Assembly: GCA_963816185.1 (NCBI GenBank)
Contig: CAWFJJ010000024.1
Location: forward strand, 608,001-672,000
Length of the DNA stretch: 64,000 bases
Reading direction: 5' to 3'
From: Thermoanaerobaculia bacterium
GTDB lineage: Bacteria; Acidobacteriota; Thermoanaerobaculia; UBA5066
Every line of letters begins with the position of its first letter. Positions within the stretch are counted from its first letter, which is position 1. Both the position numbers and the translations under genes were made by a program. This document shows positions 58,376 to 64,000 of the stretch, piece by piece. A model generated the notes under the pieces. The model made no database searches. It worked only from the letters and a program-made list of their open reading frames with translations, and was not told the DNA's origin.

Positions 58376-59770
58376 TCAGGCCGAATCGACGGCCAGCGAA
58401 CCGGCAGCGCGGCGTTTTCTCAGGCGGTCGGCGAGCGCCAGGAGCGGGGCCGTCGAGAACGTCGTGACGAGCGCCATGAGGATCATCATCGCGAAGATCC
58501 GCGGCGGGAGGATCCCGAGCTCGTAGCCGACGTTCAGGACGATCAGCTCCATCAACCCGCGTGTGTTCATGAGGGCGCCGAGGGAGAAGGCGTCGAGGGC
58601 CCCCATGCCCGAGAGGCGCGCGGCGGCCATCGACCCGCCGAGCTTCCCGATCGTCGCCGCCGCGATCACGGCGAAGCACATCAGCCACGTCGCGGTGCTG
58701 TCGAGAAGGCCGACCTGGGTCCTGAGGCCCGTGAACGCGAAGAAAAGAGGCAGGAAGAGGATCGCGCTTACCTCCTCGAGCCGTTGGACGAGCGCGGCCC
58801 GGAAGGCACTCTCGCGCGGCATGACGACGCCGATGAGGAAGGCGCCGAAAAGCGCGTGGATTCCGATCCGCTCGGTCGTGAGCGCCGAGCCGATCAACAA
58901 GAGGAGGACGAATGCGAGGACGTTCTTGGACGGCGTCCCCGTGGCACCCCGTCCGATGATCCAGCGGACGGCGGGCCCGACGACGTACCACATGAAGCCG
59001 ATGAAGCCGGCGGCCATCAGGACGGTGAGCCCCGAGGACGCGATGCCCTGCGCCTTCCCGATGGCGACGACGATCGCGAGAATGGTCCAGGCGGTCACGT
59101 CGTCGACCGCGGCGCACGTGATCGCCATGCTCCCGAGCGGCGTTCGCGTGAGGCCCCGCTCCTCGAGGATCCGCGCGAGGACGGGAAAGGCCGTGATGCT
59201 CATCGCGATCCCGAGGAAGAGCGCGAACGGCAGGAACGGGACGCTCGTCGACGCGAGGGTCGGGTAGAGGGCGAGCGAGAGCGCGACGCCGAGGAAGTAG
59301 GGCAGGAGGATGCTGGCGTGGCTCACGAGGAGCGCGGTGTGAGCGACGGCGCGCAGGCGCTCGAGGTCCAGCTCGAGCCCCACGACGAACATGAACAGGA
59401 GGACGCCGACCTCCGCGAGCAGCTTCAGGGTCCCGAGCGATCCGGGAGGGAAGAGGGATGACGAGACGGCCGGGGCGACTGAACCCAGAAGCGACGGGCC
59501 GAGGAGGATGCCCGCGACGATCTCGCCGATGACTTTCGGCTGCCCGATGCGGGCCGAGAGGCGGCCGCACAGGCGGGCGGCCGTGACCACGACGACGATT
59601 TGCGTGAGGAGAGTCGCGAGGGGAGTTGCGGCGCCTGTGTCGGGCGCCGCGGCGGCGCGCGGGCCGGCTGTGCGTCCGCGCTCCAGGCGCTTGCCGTAGC
59701 CGAGGACGGCGACGATCGCGCCCACGAAGACCAGGACCAGCGCCGCATAGGGCAGGAGAGTCCGCCGCAC
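58376..59770 (-). CDS. Cation:proton antiporter (CPA2)
   Basis: GQPKVIGEIVAGILLGPS, SITAFPVLARIL, AAVDD, LMNTRGLMEL. Confidence 0.93.
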   Translation of the reverse strand: MRRTLLPYAALVLVFVGAIVAVLGYGKRLERGRTAGPRAAAAPDTGAATPLATLLTQIVVVVTAARLCGRLSARIGQPKVIGEIVAGILLGPSLLGSVAPAVSSSLFPPGSLGTLKLLAEVGVLLFMFVVGLELDLERLRAVAHTALLVSHASILLPYFLGVALSLALYPTLASTSVPFLPFALFLGIAMSITAFPVLARILEERGLTRTPLGSMAITCAAVDDVTAWTILAIVVAIGKAQGIASSGLTVLMAAGFIGFMWYVVGPAVRWIIGRGATGTPSKNVLAFVLLLLIGSALTTERIGIHALFGAFLIGVVMPRESAFRAALVQRLEEVSAILFLPLFFAFTGLRTQVGLLDSTATWLMCFAVIAAATIGKLGGSMAAARLSGMGALDAFSLGALMNTRGLMELIVLNVGYELGILPPRIFAMMILMALVTTFSTAPLLALADRLRKRRAAGSLAVDSA

Positions 59771-59828
59771 GATCGGCCAATCGTAACCGAGGCTCGCGCG
59801 GGATGAGCGATACGAGGGCTCGGTGCCG

Positions 59829-60857
59829 TCACGGACGGGCGACCCGATTGCGGCCTGATTCTTTCGCGCGGTAGAGAGCGGCGTCGGCGGCGGCGATCCA
59901 TTCCCGCACGTCGCGGAGCTTGCCGTTCGCTTCCGCCGCGCCGATGCTGAGCGTGCACCGCAGGTCTCCGCCGGCGTCGAACTTCGCGGCCTCGGCGCGC
60001 TGGCACAGGCGCTCCGCCGTCCTCACGGCCGCGTCGATTCCGGATTCGGGCAGCACGATGGCGAACTCGTCGCCGCCGTAACGGCCCGGCGTGTCGATGT
60101 CGCGGATGCCGTCCTTGAAGATCGCCGACAGCCCGCGCAGGAGCTCGTCCCCGGCGGCGTGCCCGTACCGGTCGTTGACCTGCTTGAAGCGATCGATGTC
60201 GATCATCAAGAGCGAGGCGGGCCGGCCGCTGCGATGGCTGCGCCTGAGCTCGCCGACCGCGACCTCTTCCCAGTACGTGCGGTTGGGCAGGCCCGTCAGA
60301 GCGTCCGTGCGGTTGAGCTGCGCGAGAGTCCTGTTCTGGCGTACGACCTTGCTCGAGAGCGCACGCGTGACGGTGCTGATCGCCAGCGGATAGACGACGA
60401 GGATCGGCATGCATGCGATCACGACCGGCATCGAGGTCGCCGGCGCGAACGCGAATCCGACGGCCGCCGAGGCGAGGGCGCAGGCGACGATCTGCGCGGC
60501 CGACGTGCGCAGCAGGAAGGGCCAGCCGCCGAAGCTGATCTTGTCGATCGTGAGCATCGTGACGAGGATGACGCTGGGGAGGAGATTGAACGCCATGAGC
60601 GCCACCCAGACCCCGCCCATCGCGGAATCCGTCAGCAGGTTCCGGTATTCGGCCCTCTCGGGATTCGCGCTGCGCCGCGCGAGCAAATAGGCGGCGTGCG
60701 GCCAGACGAACGCGTCGAGGACGAGCAGGGTCCATTTCACGGGATGCGCGCCGTTCTCGCGGAACACCGACGCGACGCACAGGAACCCGAGCGCCATCCC
60801 CAGCGTGCGGAGGTGATAGATGCGGCGGACGAGCCGCAGATCCTCGGTCGGGGGCAT
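59829..60857 (-). CDS. MASE2-GGDEF diguanylate cyclase (AdrA/DgcC-like)
   Basis: RIY..RTLG, WPH.AY and NLL.DS membrane region; DALTGLPNR, RDID I-site, GGDEF. Confidence 0.92.
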   Translation of the reverse strand: MPPTEDLRLVRRIYHLRTLGMALGFLCVASVFRENGAHPVKWTLLVLDAFVWPHAAYLLARRSANPERAEYRNLLTDSAMGGVWVALMAFNLLPSVILVTMLTIDKISFGGWPFLLRTSAAQIVACALASAAVGFAFAPATSMPVVIACMPILVVYPLAISTVTRALSSKVVRQNRTLAQLNRTDALTGLPNRTYWEEVAVGELRRSHRSGRPASLLMIDIDRFKQVNDRYGHAAGDELLRGLSAIFKDGIRDIDTPGRYGGDEFAIVLPESGIDAAVRTAERLCQRAEAAKFDAGGDLRCTLSIGAAEANGKLRDVREWIAAADAALYRAKESGRNRVARP

Positions 60858-60930
60858 GGCGCCTAGTGTATGAAAAGTTGATTCATCTGCCTCATCGCCC
60901 AGGTCATGCCGTCTTCCTTACCGTCATGTC

Positions 60931-61164
60931 ATGCCGGCTCAAGTGCTCACGTTGCTGTGCTCGAGGTGTGAAGACGTCCGGAAGATCGACCTCACGCTTC
61001 TCCGAAACGTGCCGTTCTGGGTCCGTATGATCGAGGAGGCCTGTCGGATCTCGGGCGCTTCGGCGATCCGTGTCGAGAGCTGCGACAGCTGCCGCGATAC
61101 GTGGGCGATGCGGGATTCGACAGCCGTTCTCGCGGAGCTCAAGCGCTCCGTCGAAGGCCGCTGA
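60931..61164 (+). CDS. Hypothetical 77-aa protein with two CxxC motifs
   Basis: CSRC and CDSC; occupies the gap between two minus-strand genes; no clear RBS. Confidence 0.5.
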   Translation: MPAQVLTLLCSRCEDVRKIDLTLLRNVPFWVRMIEEACRISGASAIRVESCDSCRDTWAMRDSTAVLAELKRSVEGR

Positions 61165-62224
61165 CCGCGCGCATCCGCCTGCCGCACCGCCATTCGAGGT
61201 ACCGCACCAGGGCCCACAGCCGCCTGAACGCCGGGTTGCGCGTCTCGCCGCGGTGGTAGCGTTTGTAGATCTGCTGCGCGATGGCGGCGAGCCGGAAGAG
61301 GCCGTAGACCTCGTAGAAGGTCGTGTCGCGTGGCGCGAGGCCGGATCTCTCGAAGTACACCGCCACGACTTCGCTCCGGGTGAGCATTCCCGGAAGATGC
61401 GTGGGCTGGCGGCGCGTCCAACGCGCGAGGAAGTCGTCGTCCGCCTGCACCCAGTACGCGAGGCTGTTGCCGAGGTCCATGAGCGGATCGCCCAGCGTGG
61501 CCATCTCCCAGTCGAGGATGCCGAGGACACGCGTCGGCTCTTTCGGATCGAGAACGACGTTGTCGAGGCGAAAATCGTTGTGGATGACGCAGGTCGCGAC
61601 GTCCTCGGGCGCCGCGGCTTTCAGCCAAGAGACGACTTTCGAAAAACGGGGCACGTTCCAGGTCCGCGCCCTTTCGTAGCGATCGGCCCAGCCTTCGATC
61701 TGTCGCCTCACGTAGCCCGCGCCTTTGCCGAGAGCCTCGAGCCCGGCTGCCTTCGCGTCGACGCGGTGCAGCTCCACGAGCCGGTCGATGACGTTCAAGC
61801 ACATCGCCCGGGCCGTCGGCGGATCGAGCGCGACGCCTTCGGGAAGACGTGCCCGGAGGATCATCCCGGGGATGCAGCGCATGACGTAGAACTCGGTCCC
61901 GATGACGCTCTCGTCGCTGCAGAAGGCGATCATCTCGGGCGCGTACGGGTAGAAAGGCCGCAGCGCCTTCTGCACGTGGAACTCCCGCCCCATGTCGTGA
62001 GCCGATTTCGCCTTCGTTCCGGCGGGCGGCCTCCTGAGAACGAGGTCGTCGCGTTCGTATTCCAGCCGGTAGGTCCAGTTCGAGGCCCCGCCCGAGAATT
62101 GCGTCACTCGGGGCGTTCCGGTCAGACCCGTGTGGCGGCTCTTCAGCCACGCGTCCACCGCGGAGGCGTTCAGCTCCTCGCCGGGGCGGATCGGACCGGC
62201 CGCGTCGGTCGGGGAGGACGTCAA
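61139..62224 (-). CDS. Aminoglycoside-phosphotransferase-like protein (ACAD10/11-type)
   Basis: QFSGGASNWTY, SAHDMGRE, IHNDFRLDN, LDWEMATLGDPLMDL; TTG start overlaps the upstream stop. Confidence 0.9.
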   Translation of the reverse strand: MTSSPTDAAGPIRPGEELNASAVDAWLKSRHTGLTGTPRVTQFSGGASNWTYRLEYERDDLVLRRPPAGTKAKSAHDMGREFHVQKALRPFYPYAPEMIAFCSDESVIGTEFYVMRCIPGMILRARLPEGVALDPPTARAMCLNVIDRLVELHRVDAKAAGLEALGKGAGYVRRQIEGWADRYERARTWNVPRFSKVVSWLKAAAPEDVATCVIHNDFRLDNVVLDPKEPTRVLGILDWEMATLGDPLMDLGNSLAYWVQADDDFLARWTRRQPTHLPGMLTRSEVVAVYFERSGLAPRDTTFYEVYGLFRLAAIAQQIYKRYHRGETRNPAFRRLWALVRYLEWRCGRRMRAVSGLRRSA

Positions 62225-63426
62225 CGCGCGCTCATTCCGTAGCCGCGGAGGATGCGCCGGGCCACGACCTCGAGGTGAACTTCGTCGGGACCGTCGTAGA
62301 TCCTCGCGGCGCGCTCGTGCGCGTACCACCAGGCCAGAGGCGTGTTGTCGGTCATGCCGAGGGCCCCGAGGCCCTGGATGGCCCGGTCGAGAACTCTCTG
62401 CATGATCCGGGCGACGGTGAACTTGATGAGAGAGATCTCCTCGCGGGCGGCTTCCGCGCCTTCCTTCTCGATCTTCCAGGCCGCGTGCAGGACCATGAGC
62501 CGCGCGGCGTGGATCTCGGCGCGGCTCTCGGCGATGCCCTGCTGCACGAGCTGTCTCGTGCCGAGGAGGCGGCCCGGAGCGAGCTCACGCGTCGCGACGT
62601 GCCGGCAGAGGATGTCGAAGGCCCTCTCGCAGACGCCGATCCAGCGCATGCAGTGGTGGATCCGGCCCGGGCCGAGCCGCTCCTGCGCCAGGGCGAAACC
62701 CGAGCCCTCGGTGCCGAGCAGGTTCCCGAGCGGCACGCGGGCGCCGTCGTAGCTCACTTCGCCGTGGCTCGCCCAATCGCCGCCGCGGTCTCCCATGACC
62801 GAGGTGTTCGCCAGCAGCGTGAAGCCAGGCGTGTCCGTGGGGACGAGGATCATGCTGGCCCGCCTGTAGGGATCGGCGACGTCCGGGTCCGTGACCGCCA
62901 TGCAGATCGCGAACGCGGCCCCGTCCGCCGAGGAGGCGAACCATTTGTGGCCGCGCAGCACCCACGAGTCCCCTTCCTTTCGGGCCACGGTCCCCAGCCA
63001 CACCGGATTCGAGCCCGCGAACTCGGGCTCCGTCATCGTGAAGCAGCTCCGGATCTCGCCGCGGACGAGCGGCAGGAGGTATTTGTCCTTCTGCTCCGGC
63101 GTGCCGTGCGCCATGAGGAGCTCCATGTTCCCCACGTCGGGAGCCTGGACGTTGAAGAGGTAATGCCCGAGCGGGCTCTTCCCGAGCTCCTCGCTCATGT
63201 GGGCGAACTCGAGAAGCGAAAGGCCGGCTCCGCCGAAGCGTTCCGCCACGTGTGCGGCCCAGAGCCCCGTCTCGCGCGCCCGCTCCCGCTTCTCTTTCAG
63301 GACGGGGAGGAGAGCCTTGAAGCCCCGCTGCCTCAGGGCCGGCTCGAGCGGGAAGACTTCCTTCTCCATGAACGCGCGGACGATGCCGCGGACGGCTTTC
63401 ACATTCGGCGATTCGGAGAAGTCCAT
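62221..63426 (-). CDS. Acyl-CoA dehydrogenase
   Basis: APDVGNME, FTMTEP, GHKWF, QERLGPGRIHHCMR, RIYDGPDEVH. Confidence 0.95.
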   Translation of the reverse strand: MDFSESPNVKAVRGIVRAFMEKEVFPLEPALRQRGFKALLPVLKEKRERARETGLWAAHVAERFGGAGLSLLEFAHMSEELGKSPLGHYLFNVQAPDVGNMELLMAHGTPEQKDKYLLPLVRGEIRSCFTMTEPEFAGSNPVWLGTVARKEGDSWVLRGHKWFASSADGAAFAICMAVTDPDVADPYRRASMILVPTDTPGFTLLANTSVMGDRGGDWASHGEVSYDGARVPLGNLLGTEGSGFALAQERLGPGRIHHCMRWIGVCERAFDILCRHVATRELAPGRLLGTRQLVQQGIAESRAEIHAARLMVLHAAWKIEKEGAEAAREEISLIKFTVARIMQRVLDRAIQGLGALGMTDNTPLAWWYAHERAARIYDGPDEVHLEVVARRILRGYGMSAR

Positions 63427-63470
63427 GTTGCCTCCACGTCGAGCGGATTTTCAGCCATGTCCGCTGCCTG

Positions 63471-64000
63471 TCACTTCAGCGGGGGAGGAGCCCCGGCGCC
63501 GGGCAAAACGGACAGCGCGCGCTCGAGGTTCGCGCGGGCATACTCGTAATCGGGCTTGAGGCGCAGCGCCGCGCGAAAGTGCTCGACGGCTTCGGCCGCT
63601 CTTCCGAGCTGCAGCAGGGCGACGCCGAGACCGTTGTGCGCGAGATAGTCCCCGGACGACCCGAGGCGGAGCGCTTCCTCGTATGACGTGACCGCCTCGC
63701 CGAACCGCCCCGCTCTCGTGCTCACCGTTCCGAGGTTGATCAGCACCGTGGTGTCGGCGGGATCGACCCTCAGGGCGGCGCGAAGACGCGAGGCCGCCGT
63801 GTCGAAGCGGCCGTGACTCTCGTCGATGCGCGCGAGGTTCAGAAGGGTCGGAACGTTGTCGGGCTTGAGCGCCAGCGACTTCTCGAAGTGGGGGACGGCT
63901 TCGGCCTCGCGGCCGTTCTCCATCAGCCAGTTGCCGTAGTTCGTGTGACACATGAAGCAGTCGGGGCTGCGCTCGAGCGTGTCGCGCCAGAGAGTCTCCG
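63471..64000 (-). CDS. C-terminal TPR region of a gene running off the window (partial)
   Basis: Successive TPR motifs (HTNYG..EAVPHFEKSLALKPD; AHNGLGVAL..EAVEHFRAALRLKPD). Confidence 0.85.
   Translation of the reverse strand, partial: ETLWRDTLERSPDCFMCHTNYGNWLMENGREAEAVPHFEKSLALKPDNVPTLLNLARIDESHGRFDTAASRLRAALRVDPADTTVLINLGTVSTRAGRFGEAVTSYEEALRLGSSGDYLAHNGLGVALLQLGRAAEAVEHFRAALRLKPDYEYARANLERALSVLPGAGAPPPLK

Overview
High-GC bacterial DNA whose gene content (many Hanks-type kinases with beta-propeller ectodomains, an acidobacterial-type VWA protein, ECF/kinase pairs) suggests Acidobacteriota; the taxonomy is an inference. 1-14.9 kb is a tandem array of at least six receptor-like Ser/Thr kinase genes with mosaic kinase domains and divergent ectodomains, interrupted by a heme-binding gene. 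The best candidate for an undescribed system is 15.3-23.9 kb. It holds a 145-aa leader-plus-8x11-aa-repeat peptide gene with its own sigma54 promoter, candidate activator sites and terminator. Upstream of it lie an adaptor (MFP) gene, a sensor-less PrsK-like kinase and a PrsR-like sigma54 activator. Converging on it is an operon of STAS, multi-GAF-HlyD and RRE/PqqD-M50 peptidase-HlyD genes, with no ABC transporter or TolC in the locus; these two export genes carry many frameshifts and stops (sequencing error or decay). The rest holds an RND pump, a di-heme peroxidase-like gene, an in-frame ECF sigma-kinase-TPR fusion, redox enzymes, chrB-DUF1259, an ECF42/DGPF module, a CoA-activase fusion, a signal-peptide-bearing Glu/Asp racemase, an antiporter, a diguanylate cyclase, acyl-CoA genes and several deletion or inversion scars. 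No rRNA, tRNA, CRISPR or transposase was recognised. All family calls come from motif recognition, not database searches.
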